Assembly (NCBI GenBank): GCA_947626025.1
Contig: CANQQQ010000004.1
Span: forward strand, 1 to 60,696
Origin: an uncultured Clostridia bacterium
GTDB lineage: Bacteria; Bacillota; Clostridia; TANB77; CAG-508
Length of the DNA stretch: 60,696 nucleotides
Direction of reading: 5' to 3'
The notes beneath the pieces are model-generated. The model searched no databases and was not told the origin of the DNA. It was given only the letters and a program-made list of their open reading frames with translations. Each line of letters opens with the position of its first letter. The stretch's first letter is position 1. The position numbers and the translations under genes are program-made. Positions 31,272 to 42,051 of this stretch are shown piece by piece.

Positions 31272-32678
31272 ATGACAATGAAAAAAACAAATATAGATGA
31301 GATAAATAGAAATATTTATGATATTAAAAATAAAGATGAATATGAATTTAAAATAAAAAAAGGATTGACTCCAGAGATAATAGAAGAAATATCAAGACAA
31401 AAGAATGATCCTGATTGGATGAAGGAATTTAGATTAAAGGCATTAGAAGTTTATAATAAGCTAGAATTGCCAACTTGGGGACCAGATATTTCAGAATTAA
31501 ATATGGATGAAATTGCAACATACGTAAAGCCTAAAACAAAATTGAATAATTCGTGGGAGGATGTTCCAGATGACATCAAAAATACATTTGATAAATTAGG
31601 GATACCAGAGGCAGAAAAAACTTCATTGGCAGGAGTTGGAGCACAATATGATTCAGAAGTAGTTTACCATAGTATGAAAGAAGATCTTATAAAACAAGGA
31701 GTAATATATACTGATATGGAAACAGCAGTTAGAGAATACCCTGATTTAGTGAAAAATCACTTTATGAGATGCGTTCCAGTGTATGATCATAAATTTGTAG
31801 CACTACATGGAGCAGTGTGGTCAGGTGGTTCATTTGTATATGTACCAAAAGGAATTAAAGTTGATATTCCGCTTCAATCATATTTTAGATTAAATTCTCC
31901 AGAATCAGGACAATTTGAACATACTTTAATAATAGTAGATGAAGGAGCAAGCTTACATTTTATCGAAGGATGCTCTGCACCAAAATATAATAAAGTTAAT
32001 TTACATGCTGGATGTGTTGAATTATATGTAAAAGATAATGCATATTTAAGATATTCAACAATAGAAAATTGGTCAAAGAATATGTTAAACTTAAATACAA
32101 AAAAAGCAATAGTAGGCAAAAATGCAAAAATGGAATGGGTAACAGGTTCATTTGGCTCAAAAATATCTATGTTATATCCAATGAGTATTTTAAATGGAGA
32201 AGGAGCAAAAACAGAATATACTGGAATTTCATTTGCAGGAAAAGGGCAGAACCTAGATAATGGATTTAAAGTGGTTCATAATGCACAAAACACTTCAAGC
32301 GTAGTTAATGCTAAATCCATTTCAAAAAACGGAGGAAAATGTACTTATAGGTCTTTGGTAAGAATAGATGAAAATGCAAAAGCTTCTAAGTCAACAGTAT
32401 CTTGTGAGTCTTTAATGCTAGATGATATTTCAATTTCAGATACAATTCCAGTAAATGATATAAGAACAGATGAAGTTGAATTTTCTCATGAAGCAAAAAT
32501 AGGTAAAATCAGTGATAAAACAATATTCTATTTAATGAGTAGAGGTTTATCAGAAGAAGATGCTAAAGCAATGATAGTTAGAGGTTTTGCATACCCTATA
32601 TCAAAAGAGTTACCAGTTGAATATGCAGTAGAGATGAATAATTTAATTAATCTTGAATTAGAAGGAGCAATAGGATAG
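31272..32678 (+). CDS. sufB: Fe-S assembly scaffold
   Basis: GVGAQYDSEVVYH, WSGGSFVYVP, EGCSAP, HEAKIGKI. Confidence 0.95.
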   Translation: MTMKKTNIDEINRNIYDIKNKDEYEFKIKKGLTPEIIEEISRQKNDPDWMKEFRLKALEVYNKLELPTWGPDISELNMDEIATYVKPKTKLNNSWEDVPDDIKNTFDKLGIPEAEKTSLAGVGAQYDSEVVYHSMKEDLIKQGVIYTDMETAVREYPDLVKNHFMRCVPVYDHKFVALHGAVWSGGSFVYVPKGIKVDIPLQSYFRLNSPESGQFEHTLIIVDEGASLHFIEGCSAPKYNKVNLHAGCVELYVKDNAYLRYSTIENWSKNMLNLNTKKAIVGKNAKMEWVTGSFGSKISMLYPMSILNGEGAKTEYTGISFAGKGQNLDNGFKVVHNAQNTSSVVNAKSISKNGGKCTYRSLVRIDENAKASKSTVSCESLMLDDISISDTIPVNDIRTDEVEFSHEAKIGKISDKTIFYLMSRGLSEEDAKAMIVRGFAYPISKELPVEYAVEMNNLINLELEGAIG

Positions 32679-32679
32679 T

Positions 32680-33744
32680 ATGGAACAATTGAAATTAAAT
32701 GAAACGCCAGTTAGAACATCTCGCAATTTTAATATAAATAATATCAAATTAGAAAATATAACTATTCCAAAAGTTGTACATGCATTTACTAATATGAAAA
32801 TAATAGATAATGATATAGAAATAAATAACAACACAAGTAATATTAATTTGACTTACGGTATAGGAGATGAATTAATTAACCAAATACAGCAAAATTCAAA
32901 TATAAAATTGCATATTGATTGTATGGGCACATCACAATGTTCGAGTGAGAATGAAATTATTTTTCAATTTGATAAAAATAATACAGCTCTAGTCGAAGAC
33001 ATAGAAATAGTTTTAGAAGAAAATTCAAAATCAACTATTATATTAAAATATTACTCAGATCACGATTGTGAAAACTGGCATAATGGTTTATTAAGAGTTA
33101 AAGCTAAAAAAGGCTCTGAATTAAATATAATTATCGCTAATTTAATGAATATAAATTCTAATAATTTCATTAGCTTTGAAAATGATATATTAGATAATGC
33201 AAAAGTAAATTATACAATTATTGATTTCGGAGGGAAGAATAGTATTACTAATTATTATTCTAATATAGAAGGCGACAATGCAGATAATAAGATAAATACT
33301 ATTTATTTAGGAAAACAAAATCAATTATTTGATTTAAATTATATTGGGGAATTAAGAGGTAAAAAATCAAATATAGATATTGAAGTTCAAGGGGCATTAA
33401 AAGATACCTCAAAAAAGCATTTTAAAGGAACTATTGATTTTAAAAAAGGGTGTAAAAAGTCAACTGGAAATGAAAATGATTCTTGTATGCTATTATCAGA
33501 TACAGCAAAATCACTTGCTTTACCAATGCTATTATGCTCAGAGGAAGATGTAGAAGGAAATCATAGCAGTTCAGCAGGAAAGATAGGCGAAAAGGAATTA
33601 TTTTATATTATGAGTAGAGGTTTTGAATTAAAAGAAGCCATGAAATTAATGGTAAGAGCAAAATTTAACACGATACTAGAGAATATCGACAATGCAAAGT
33701 TAAAAGATGAAATTATAAAAGAAATTGATGTACGATTAGATTAA
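32680..33744 (+). CDS. sufD: Fe-S assembly protein
   Basis: SufB paralogue; LPMLLCSEEDVEGNHSSSAG, FYIMSRG; operon position. Confidence 0.88.
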   Translation: MEQLKLNETPVRTSRNFNINNIKLENITIPKVVHAFTNMKIIDNDIEINNNTSNINLTYGIGDELINQIQQNSNIKLHIDCMGTSQCSSENEIIFQFDKNNTALVEDIEIVLEENSKSTIILKYYSDHDCENWHNGLLRVKAKKGSELNIIIANLMNINSNNFISFENDILDNAKVNYTIIDFGGKNSITNYYSNIEGDNADNKINTIYLGKQNQLFDLNYIGELRGKKSNIDIEVQGALKDTSKKHFKGTIDFKKGCKKSTGNENDSCMLLSDTAKSLALPMLLCSEEDVEGNHSSSAGKIGEKELFYIMSRGFELKEAMKLMVRAKFNTILENIDNAKLKDEIIKEIDVRLD

Positions 33745-33757
33745 TAAGGAGGATAAT

Positions 33758-34978
33758 ATGAATATAGAAGAAATAAGAAAAGACTTTCCTTTATTACAAA
33801 ATAGAAAAATAGCATATCTAGATAATGGAGCAACTACTCAAAAACCTACTAAAGTTATAAATGCTATTAAGGAATTTTATGAAAAATATAATGCAAATCC
33901 TCATAGGGGTGCTTATGCTTTAAGTATGGAAGCAACAGAATTATATGAAGATACAAGAACAAAAGTAGCTGAATTTATAAATGCAAAACATAGGGAAGAG
34001 ATTATATTTTCAAAAAATGCAACGGAAAGTCTAAACTTAATTGCTTATTCTTATGGAATGGAAAACTTAAAAAAAGATGATGAAGTAGTAATCTCTATAA
34101 TGGAGCATCATTCTAATTTAGTTCCATGGCAGAAAGTGACAAAAGTTACAGGAAGTAAGCTGAATTACATGTATATAAATGATGAATTTGAATTATCTGA
34201 TGAAGAAATAGAAAATAAAATTACTGATAGGACAAAAATAGTTGGAATTGCACATGTTTCAAATGTTTTAGGAACTATTAATAATGTAAAAAAGATAATT
34301 AAATATGCGCATAAAAAAGGAGCTGTTGTCATAATAGATGCATCTCAAAGTATTCCACATATGAAAATAGATGTGCAAGATTTAGATGCGGATTTCTTAG
34401 TATTTTCTGGGCATAAAATGCTAGCACCACTAGGAGTAGGCGTACTATACGGTAAAAGAGAATTATTAAATAATATGACTCCTTTCTTAATGGGTGGAGA
34501 TATGATAGAATACGTATATGAGCAGGAAACAACATTTGCTCCGCTTCCAAATAAATTTGAAGCAGGTACTCAAAATGTAGGAGGAGTAATTGGTCTAGGT
34601 TCAGCCATAGATTATATAAATGAATTAGGTTATGATAAAATTCAAAAAATGGAAAACGAAGTTTTGGGTTATGCAAAACAAGAATTATCTAAATTAAATT
34701 TTCTAGAATTATATTTAACTCCAAATGATGATAATCATTCTAGTGTAATTTCTTTTAACATAAAAGGAGTTCATCCACATGATGTAGCAAGTATTTTAGA
34801 TGCAGAAGGAGTTTGCGTACGTTCAGGAAATCATTGTGCACAACCTCTTATGCGATACCTAGAAATTGATTCTACATGCAGAGCAAGTTTTTATTTCTAT
34901 AATTCAAAAGAAGACGTAGATAAACTTATTAATGCATTGAATAAAGCTTATAATATATTTAAAAAATATGTGAAATAA
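33758..34978 (+). CDS. sufS: Cysteine desulfurase
   Basis: YLDNGATTQKP, SGHKM, RSGNHCAQP. Confidence 0.95.
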   Translation: MNIEEIRKDFPLLQNRKIAYLDNGATTQKPTKVINAIKEFYEKYNANPHRGAYALSMEATELYEDTRTKVAEFINAKHREEIIFSKNATESLNLIAYSYGMENLKKDDEVVISIMEHHSNLVPWQKVTKVTGSKLNYMYINDEFELSDEEIENKITDRTKIVGIAHVSNVLGTINNVKKIIKYAHKKGAVVIIDASQSIPHMKIDVQDLDADFLVFSGHKMLAPLGVGVLYGKRELLNNMTPFLMGGDMIEYVYEQETTFAPLPNKFEAGTQNVGGVIGLGSAIDYINELGYDKIQKMENEVLGYAKQELSKLNFLELYLTPNDDNHSSVISFNIKGVHPHDVASILDAEGVCVRSGNHCAQPLMRYLEIDSTCRASFYFYNSKEDVDKLINALNKAYNIFKKYVK

Positions 34979-35098
34979 AACTTTAATAAATTCAAGTTTA
35001 CAGAATTTGCAAAATTCAAATAACTGTAGTATAATTAACATAATGGCTAAGGCCATAGTAGCAACCGTCATATAAAATTTCTTAAGGAGGTATAAACA

Positions 35099-36013
35099 AT
35101 GGAACGGTCAAAAAAAATTATACTTGAGGCAGAAAAAGGTATAACTTTTCAAGTCTCAGAGCAAACAAATGGAATAGTTATTAAAGCCGTGAATTCTTCT
35201 AAACTCAATGATTACTCTAGCAACTATGTAAATCCGATAATTTTAAAAGGATATAAACATATTTGCGGAGAATGGTATAACGGCTTTGTAATCGAAAGAT
35301 GTACAGACGGCAGTCAGTTTGTATGGATTCCTGTCGGTAGTCTTAAGAGTAATGGTACTCTTGACGGAAAATATTTTGTTGAAAAATTTGGCAGACGGAA
35401 TTATATGCATGATAAATTTGCAAAATCTGGATTCTCCGAAAGAGTAGATAGTGAGCAAATAAAAAGTATTAAGCAATACGGAGGTTTCTACATTTCTCGT
35501 TTTAACATTTCTAAAAGTCCAGAAGAAAAACCACAGTCGATAAAGGGAGCTATGCCGTGGACTGAAATTAATTTTTATGATGCTCATATGGTCGCATCTA
35601 CTTTCGAAGATAATGAAACAGTTACGAGCCATATGCCTTTCGGTGCAGAATATGATTCAGTATTAGAGTGGTTTATTCAATCAAAAGCAAGAACCAGTAG
35701 CGAAATTGTATTTGATTCTACCAATTGGGGTAACCACTTTAATACAACGAATTCTTCGGGAAGTTTAATTGAAACAGGAAGTATAGAAAAATATTGTACT
35801 AACAATATTTACGATTTCGCAGGTAATATTTCTGAATGGACACAAGAAACATTTTACGCGCAGGATGATGGAATGGACCTGAATAGAGTTCCTCGTGGTG
35901 GTGAATATGACCAAAGAGGATACGAATATCCTGTTGCAACTCGTTATAACTGCTGCTCGCCTGAAGACGAATTTCCAAACACAGGCTTTCGTATTGTGCT
36001 TTGTATTAAATAG
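35099..36013 (+). CDS. FGE-sulfatase / C-type-lectin-fold domain protein inserted between sufS and sufU
   Basis: FVWIPV, YGGFYISRF, NIYDFAGNISEWT, RGG...GFR C-terminus; own putative promoter (TTGCAA..TATAAT near 35007-35035) and terminator; codon usage differs from neighbours. Confidence 0.75.
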   Translation: MERSKKIILEAEKGITFQVSEQTNGIVIKAVNSSKLNDYSSNYVNPIILKGYKHICGEWYNGFVIERCTDGSQFVWIPVGSLKSNGTLDGKYFVEKFGRRNYMHDKFAKSGFSERVDSEQIKSIKQYGGFYISRFNISKSPEEKPQSIKGAMPWTEINFYDAHMVASTFEDNETVTSHMPFGAEYDSVLEWFIQSKARTSSEIVFDSTNWGNHFNTTNSSGSLIETGSIEKYCTNNIYDFAGNISEWTQETFYAQDDGMDLNRVPRGGEYDQRGYEYPVATRYNCCSPEDEFPNTGFRIVLCIK

Positions 36014-36053
36014 CACTAGATACTATTCCTAAAGTTTACGAAATCATATGGAT

Positions 36054-36085
36054 AAGGCGAATTTCGAGATTTTGAAGTTCGCCTT
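36054..36085 (+). terminator. Intrinsic terminator of the inserted gene
   Basis: AAGGCGAATTTC...GAAGTTCGCCTT. Confidence 0.7.
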
Positions 36086-36241
36086 GTTTCTTATATACTT
36101 TTTTAATAATAAAAATGTAACTATTTCTTAAATATAAATAATAATTTATAAAAAACTTCTAGTAAAACAATAGTAAGAAGGAGTATAATATGATATAATT
36201 CTTTAATAATAAGTATTAATGATAAATAAAGAGAGGATAAT

Positions 36242-36709
36242 ATGGAAGATTTAAGTGATGTTTATAATGAATTGATAATGGAACACAGCATGAATTCATA
36301 CAATAAGAAAAAACTACCAGATGCTAATTTATCAGAGATGGGACATAATCCAAACTGTGGAGACGAAATCACATTAGAACTAAAATTAAATGGTAATGTA
36401 ATAGAAGATATGGCTTTTTCTGGACATGGTTGCGCAATATCACAGGCTTCAACTTCTATTATGATAGATACTTTAAAGGGAAAAACAATTGATGAGGCAA
36501 GAGATATAATAAAAACATTCATAGGGATGATAAAACGAGAGACAAAAGATGAAGCAGAATTAGAAAAGTTAGAAGATGCTATTGCATTTAAAAATGTATC
36601 AAATATGCCTGCAAGAGTAAAATGTGCACTTTTAGCTTGGCATACTTTAGAAGATATGTTGAATAAAAATCAAAATACAGGAAGTACTAATATAGATTGT
36701 TGTCATTAA
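36242..36709 (+). CDS. sufU: SUF NifU-family sulfur-transfer protein
   Basis: NPNCGDEI, GCAISQAS, ARVKCALLAW. Confidence 0.95.
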   Translation: MEDLSDVYNELIMEHSMNSYNKKKLPDANLSEMGHNPNCGDEITLELKLNGNVIEDMAFSGHGCAISQASTSIMIDTLKGKTIDEARDIIKTFIGMIKRETKDEAELEKLEDAIAFKNVSNMPARVKCALLAWHTLEDMLNKNQNTGSTNIDCCH

Positions 36710-36729
36710 TGCAGGAAAGGAACAAATAT

Positions 36730-37785
36730 ATGGATAATAAAAAGGTCTTATTGGGCATGAGTGGAGGAGTAGATAGCTCTGTTTCTGCTCTACTATTAAA
36801 GCAACAAGGATATGAAGTAATTGGAACAACCTTAGAATTATTTGCGGGTAGTAGTTGTTGTAATGTAAATACATACTTAGATGCAAAGAATGTTTGTAAT
36901 TCGATAGGAATTCCTCATTTCACTTATGATTATAAAAAGGAATTTAGAAGATATGTTATAGATGATTTTATAGATTGTTACTCAAATTGTAAAACACCAA
37001 ACCCTTGTATAGAATGTAATAAATATATGAAATTTGGTTTTATGTATGAAAAGGCAAAAGAGTTAGGATGCAATTATATAGCTACAGGACATTATGCTAA
37101 AACTGAATATAGTGAAAAATATCAAAAATGGGTGCTAAAAAAATCTAATGCAGGCAAGAAAGATCAAAGCTATGTTTTATGGAATATGCCTAAAGAGTTA
37201 ATAGAGCATGTATTATTCCCTTTGGCAGATTATGAAGATAAAGAAGAAATAAGAGAGATTGCAAGAAAAAATAACTTAAAAGTAGCAAATAAGCCAGATA
37301 GTGAGGATATATGTTTTGTGCCAGATGGAAACTACAAAAAATTCCTTGAAACTAATTCCAACATAAAACCTAAAATAGGTAATATAGTGAATTCTAAAGG
37401 AGAAGTATTAGGAAAGCATACAGGATTATATAATTATACAATAGGTCAAAGAAAAGGCTTGGGAATTTCTAATTCTGTACCTTTATTTGTTCTTGGATTT
37501 AATAAAGAGAAAAATGAAGTAATAGTTGGAGAAGAAAACGAACTGTATAAGAAAGAAATATTAGTTACAGATATTAATTTATTATTAATTGATGAAGTCT
37601 CAGAAGAAATTGAAGTAGAAGTAAAAACTAGGTATTCTGCAAAAGTGGCAAAAGCAAAAATTATACAAGATGGAAAATATATAAAAGTTATATTTGATGA
37701 ACCACAAAGGGCAATAACTCCAGGACAATCTGCAGTATTTTACATAGAAGATACTTTATTAGGAGGAGGAAAAATATTGTACTAA
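36730..37785 (+). CDS. mnmA: tRNA 2-thiouridylase
   Basis: MSGGVDSS, TPNPCIECN, ATGHYA, KDQSY, TIGQRKG, TPGQSAV; start placed at ATG 36730. Confidence 0.96.
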   Translation: MDNKKVLLGMSGGVDSSVSALLLKQQGYEVIGTTLELFAGSSCCNVNTYLDAKNVCNSIGIPHFTYDYKKEFRRYVIDDFIDCYSNCKTPNPCIECNKYMKFGFMYEKAKELGCNYIATGHYAKTEYSEKYQKWVLKKSNAGKKDQSYVLWNMPKELIEHVLFPLADYEDKEEIREIARKNNLKVANKPDSEDICFVPDGNYKKFLETNSNIKPKIGNIVNSKGEVLGKHTGLYNYTIGQRKGLGISNSVPLFVLGFNKEKNEVIVGEENELYKKEILVTDINLLLIDEVSEEIEVEVKTRYSAKVAKAKIIQDGKYIKVIFDEPQRAITPGQSAVFYIEDTLLGGGKILY

Positions 37786-37843
37786 CTATTTAAAAGATTA
37801 TCAATATAAGAAAGATAATCTTTTATTTTTTTATCTAAATATA

Positions 37844-37886
37844 TTGACAAAACTGTTACAACTGTTATAGTATAAATATAACAGTT
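37844..37886 (+). promoter_or_regulatory. Promoter with GntR/YtrA-type operator
   Basis: TTGACA at 37844; perfect inverted repeat AACTGTTATA-7-TATAACAGTT (37860-37886) plus an extra AACTGTTA half-site. Confidence 0.7.
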
Positions 37887-37907
37887 ATGCAAAAAGGAGA
37901 AATAATT

Positions 37908-38285
37908 ATGGATATTATTATTAGTAATAGTAGTAATCAGCCTATATTTGAACAAATTAAACAAGCTATAAAAAAGGCAATAGCAACTGATGAGTTAAAA
38001 GAAAATGAAATGTTGCCATCAATTAGAAATTTAGCACAAGATTTACGAATCAGTGTTATGACAGTAAAAAGAGCTTATGACGAACTTGAACAAGAAGGAT
38101 TTATAAAAACGATTCAAGGAAAAGGAAGTCTAGTTGCGACAAAAAATATCGAATTACTAAAAGAAGAGCAAATGAGGGAAATTGAAAAATATATTGATAA
38201 AATAGCTTTAATATCTAAAGCATCTAATATAAGTAAAAAAGAAATTTTAGAAGCTTTTGAATATTTATTTGAGGAGGATGAATAA
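37908..38285 (+). CDS. GntR (YtrA-type) regulator
   Basis: PIFEQI, LPSIRNLA, TVKRAYDELE..G.KGS; heads an ABC pair. Confidence 0.92.
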   Translation: MDIIISNSSNQPIFEQIKQAIKKAIATDELKENEMLPSIRNLAQDLRISVMTVKRAYDELEQEGFIKTIQGKGSLVATKNIELLKEEQMREIEKYIDKIALISKASNISKKEILEAFEYLFEEDE

Positions 38286-39149
38286 ATGGAAAATGAAAAC
38301 ATATTAGAAGTAAAAAATTTATGTAAAAGATATAAAGGATTTGAATTACAAAATGTTAATATTACACTACCTAAAGGAATGATTATGGGATTTATAGGTG
38401 AAAATGGAGCAGGAAAAACAACTACAATTAAAGCAATACTAGATATTATTAAAGATTATACAGGAGAAATAAAAGTATTTGGCCTTGACAATAGGAAAGA
38501 TGACAAAAAAATCAAAGAAAATATTGGAGCTGTCTTAGATGATATGTTTTTTCCAGAAATACTTACCCCAAATGATATCAATAGCATTATGAAATATATT
38601 TATAAAAATTGGGATTCAGAATTATATTTTAAATACTTAACTGACTTCGCATTACCAAACAATAAAGCAATAAAAACATTATCTAAAGGAATGAGAAAAA
38701 AATTAGAAATCGCAACAGCAATTTCACATCATCCTAAATTATTAATTCTTGATGAGCCAACAGCTGGACTTGACCCAATAGCTAGAAATGAAGTAATAGA
38801 TATCTTTCAAAATTTTATCCAAAATGAAGAGTGTTCTATTCTTCTATCAAGTCATATTACAACGGATTTAGAACATATTGCAGATTATATTACATTTATA
38901 AATAATGGAAACATTATACTATCAAAAACTAGAGAAGAATTACTAGAAGATTATGGGATTGTTAAATGCTCAAAGGAAGAATTTGAAAAAATAGATAAAA
39001 ATGATTTTATTAAATACAAGAAAAGTAAATATGAATATGAAGTTTTAGTTGAAAGCAAAAAAGCTTTTAAGAGAAAATATGCAATTAATACAATAGATAA
39101 AATAACACTTGAAGAACTTATGGTATTAATGATTAAGGGGGAAAAGTAA
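38286..39149 (+). CDS. ABC transporter ATP-binding protein
   Basis: GENGAGKTT, LSKGM, LDEPTAGLD. Confidence 0.93.
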   Translation: MENENILEVKNLCKRYKGFELQNVNITLPKGMIMGFIGENGAGKTTTIKAILDIIKDYTGEIKVFGLDNRKDDKKIKENIGAVLDDMFFPEILTPNDINSIMKYIYKNWDSELYFKYLTDFALPNNKAIKTLSKGMRKKLEIATAISHHPKLLILDEPTAGLDPIARNEVIDIFQNFIQNEECSILLSSHITTDLEHIADYITFINNGNIILSKTREELLEDYGIVKCSKEEFEKIDKNDFIKYKKSKYEYEVLVESKKAFKRKYAINTIDKITLEELMVLMIKGEK

Positions 39150-39781
39150 TGTTAGGTTTTATAAAAAAAGATTTATTAATGATAAAAAGTAATATTAAAA
39201 TTCTTGCGATTTTATTACTTATATATGTAGTTATGGCTTTTCAAGGTCAAATGGATTTATCATTTTTATTACCATTTATGAGTGTAATGATTATGATGTC
39301 AACATTTAGTTATGATTCTTACAATAAATGGGATGCTTATGCAATATCTTTGCCAGATGGTAGAAAAAGTAGCGTAAAAGCCAAATATTTAGCAACTATA
39401 ATACTTATAATTGCAACAACTATAATTATAACGATATTATCTTTTACGATTTCTTATGCTAAAACAAATATAATAGATTTTGAAAACATTACAGGTACAA
39501 TATTTGGATCTCTTTTTGCTACGATTTTATTACAATCACTTATTTACCCAGCAATGTATAAATTCGGTCCAGAAAAAGCAAGAATTGGATTAATGACTAT
39601 AATTTTTTGCGTTGCTATTATAGGAGGATTTATTACACAATATGTTGATCTTTCATCAATAATTAACATCTTAAATTTTATAGAAGAATACTGGATAATT
39701 GTGTTTTTTATGACTATGATTTTAATGTTATATATATCATATAAAATATCAGAAAGAATTTACTTTAAAAAAGAAATTTAA
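39149..39781 (+). CDS. ABC-2 transporter permease
   Basis: 6 TM segments; overlaps the ATPase stop codon; KAKY and YKFG motifs. Confidence 0.85.
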   Translation: MLGFIKKDLLMIKSNIKILAILLLIYVVMAFQGQMDLSFLLPFMSVMIMMSTFSYDSYNKWDAYAISLPDGRKSSVKAKYLATIILIIATTIIITILSFTISYAKTNIIDFENITGTIFGSLFATILLQSLIYPAMYKFGPEKARIGLMTIIFCVAIIGGFITQYVDLSSIINILNFIEEYWIIVFFMTMILMLYISYKISERIYFKKEI

Positions 39782-39976
39782 ATAGTTATATCATATGTAA
39801 AATTTAATTGCTAAAGATAAAATAAATAGATTATATATTGTTTTCAAGCTCTTGAGTTTTACAAAAAATTGCTAGAGCATGAGAGAGACAATACTGAAGA
39901 AGTGGTATCAGTTGACATAACAAAAATATGGTGATATAATTTTGATTACAAAATAATTTGTATAGGAGGGGTCGCA

Positions 39977-40945
39977 ATGGCATTTATTGACTTAAGCAAA
40001 ATTAAATATGTTACTTTGTATACGGGAGACAATGGCTCTGCTAGCTGTACTTGCAATTGCCCTTGTTGCTCGCAGAAAGGTAGAAATCGGAAATATCAAG
40101 GAACTATGAATCAGGCTTTAGATATGTTTGAAAAATTACCTAATATGGAGCAGCTTTACATATTCGGCAATCCTGATGTAACCATAGATACTGATTTTTG
40201 CCATAGCATTATAGTAGAAGCAGTAAACAGAAATATTAACGTAAGTTTTTCCACTTCTGGAGTAGGTGGAGAAAATACTCTTAAGCGGTTGTTAAACAAC
40301 ATTTCTACTGCAAGCATTGATTACATTTCTTTTAGCTTTGATGGTACGACTGAAGAGGAGATGTCTTTCTCAAAAGGAATTGCATATCCTATGGAACATG
40401 CTTTAAAAGGCGTAGAATGGGCTATTAATAACGGTTACACTGTAAAAGTACAGCCTACACTTTGGACATACAATTACACAAAGACTGAAACGATTATTGA
40501 CTATTTCGTTAGTAAAGGTGTAACATGGTTTACTTTTCACATTGGTAGTCTGGAAGCAGAAGTAGATATGCCTTCTCACAAGCACCTTTTACCAGAGCAA
40601 ATTAATGTAGTTCATAGTCAGATTGAACATGCAGTTCAAAAGCACAAGAACATTAAAGTTAGATGTCCTATTATTTATTTGCAATGTGGCAAAAACGAAG
40701 TTCACAAATGGTATTGTATGCATCCTGAAAGGATCCAAGAATTATTGATAACATTTACTGAAAAAGGGATAAAAGCGACGCATGTGCCTATGGCAAGTAT
40801 TTATAGGAATGATCTAAGCTTTGACTTGGGTACATCTGTTGATATTCCTGCTATTTCCGAATCTCAGCATTGTCCATTTAGCAATGAATTAGCTGGTCGA
40901 AATGATACTTGTTGCAGATATATTTCAAAATATTGGAATTATTAA
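39977..40945 (+). CDS. Orphan radical SAM protein
   Basis: CTCNCPCC contains CxxxCxxC; FGNPD, STSG, SFSFDG strand motifs; Cys-rich C-terminus. Confidence 0.8.
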   Translation: MAFIDLSKIKYVTLYTGDNGSASCTCNCPCCSQKGRNRKYQGTMNQALDMFEKLPNMEQLYIFGNPDVTIDTDFCHSIIVEAVNRNINVSFSTSGVGGENTLKRLLNNISTASIDYISFSFDGTTEEEMSFSKGIAYPMEHALKGVEWAINNGYTVKVQPTLWTYNYTKTETIIDYFVSKGVTWFTFHIGSLEAEVDMPSHKHLLPEQINVVHSQIEHAVQKHKNIKVRCPIIYLQCGKNEVHKWYCMHPERIQELLITFTEKGIKATHVPMASIYRNDLSFDLGTSVDIPAISESQHCPFSNELAGRNDTCCRYISKYWNY

Positions 40946-40985
40946 ACTCTTCAAACACATTCCTCAATTAAGGATAATTATTATT

Positions 40986-41014
40986 TATAAGGGAACCCAC
41001 AGAGTTCCCTTATA
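40986..41014 (+). terminator. Intrinsic terminator
   Basis: TATAAGGGAAC-ccacaga-GTTCCCTTATA. Confidence 0.7.
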
Positions 41015-41382
41015 TTTATATAAAAATTTGAACAAAAAGATGGAAGTTGTGAAAGATTTAAAAGCTCTAAGCTTAACTATGGAAAAGATATTTTTGAATA
41101 TCATTGAATTTATTTTGAAAAACAAGACGTCAAATTATTAAATATAGATAGTGATTTAAATAAAAAATTGGTCGACTTACATAAATAAGTGGTTAATTGA
41201 TAATCACTTATTTTTTTGTTATAATTATTTGCAAAGTAACAAAATAAATTTTAAAAAATAACCTCTAAACATATTGAAAAAACTAGAATGTTAATTTCAG
41301 TTGACAAAGTTCCAACTCAAATTGATAGAATGCAACTAAAAAAAGAAGTATAATTTTAAATAGAATAAGGGAGGAAAAGAAA

Positions 41383-42051
41383 ATGAATTTAGGAGAAAAA
41401 TTATATGAATTAAGAAAAGCAAAAAATTTGACGCAAGATGAAGTCGCAGAAAAGTTAAATGTAACAAGACAAACAATATCAAAATGGGAAACAAATCAAA
41501 GTACACCAGATTTTGACAAGATACTTCCACTATGTGAATTATATGATATTTCTACAGAGGAACTATTAAGAGGAGAAAAGCAAGGTCAAAAAATAGAAGA
41601 AAATGAAAAAGAAAAAAAGGATAAAAATAATTATGAAAATATGACTATAAATCAAATAAAACAAAAATCAGCCGAAGTAGTCTGTAGTTCTGTTTTAATA
41701 TTCATTGTAGCAGTTGCGTATGCAGGAATTGGTGTTTCTGTAATGATGTGGAATCCCGTTGTTGTTGGTTGTACTTTTTTAATAATGATTGGTTGGGGAG
41801 TAACTAGAATTGTAAAACATTATATGTCTATTCCAAAATTTGAAAAAACGAAAAAAGAAGAAAAACAAGATAAAATAATAAAACAAGTAAGTGATATTAT
41901 TGGTGGTATAGGAGTAGCAATATATTTTATAGTAAGTTTTATAACAATGGCTTGGCATATTACTTGGGTAATATTTATAATTATTGGAATGATTGAAGAA
42001 ATTGTTAAACTTATATTTATGTTAAAAGGAGATGAAGAAAATGAAGAATAA
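41383..42051 (+). CDS. XRE-family HTH regulator with C-terminal TM segments
   Basis: LTQDEVAEKLNVTRQTISKWE..STPD; 4 hydrophobic segments. Confidence 0.88.
   Translation: MNLGEKLYELRKAKNLTQDEVAEKLNVTRQTISKWETNQSTPDFDKILPLCELYDISTEELLRGEKQGQKIEENEKEKKDKNNYENMTINQIKQKSAEVVCSSVLIFIVAVAYAGIGVSVMMWNPVVVGCTFLIMIGWGVTRIVKHYMSIPKFEKTKKEEKQDKIIKQVSDIIGGIGVAIYFIVSFITMAWHITWVIFIIIGMIEEIVKLIFMLKGDEENEE

Noticed and set aside
35880-36013. DGR variable region
   Set aside because: No template repeat or reverse transcriptase seen in the window.
41024-41188. Gene-like remnant (..DGSCERFKSSKLNYGKDIFEYH*IYFEKQDVKLL..)
   Set aside because: No start or recognisable family; too weak to call.
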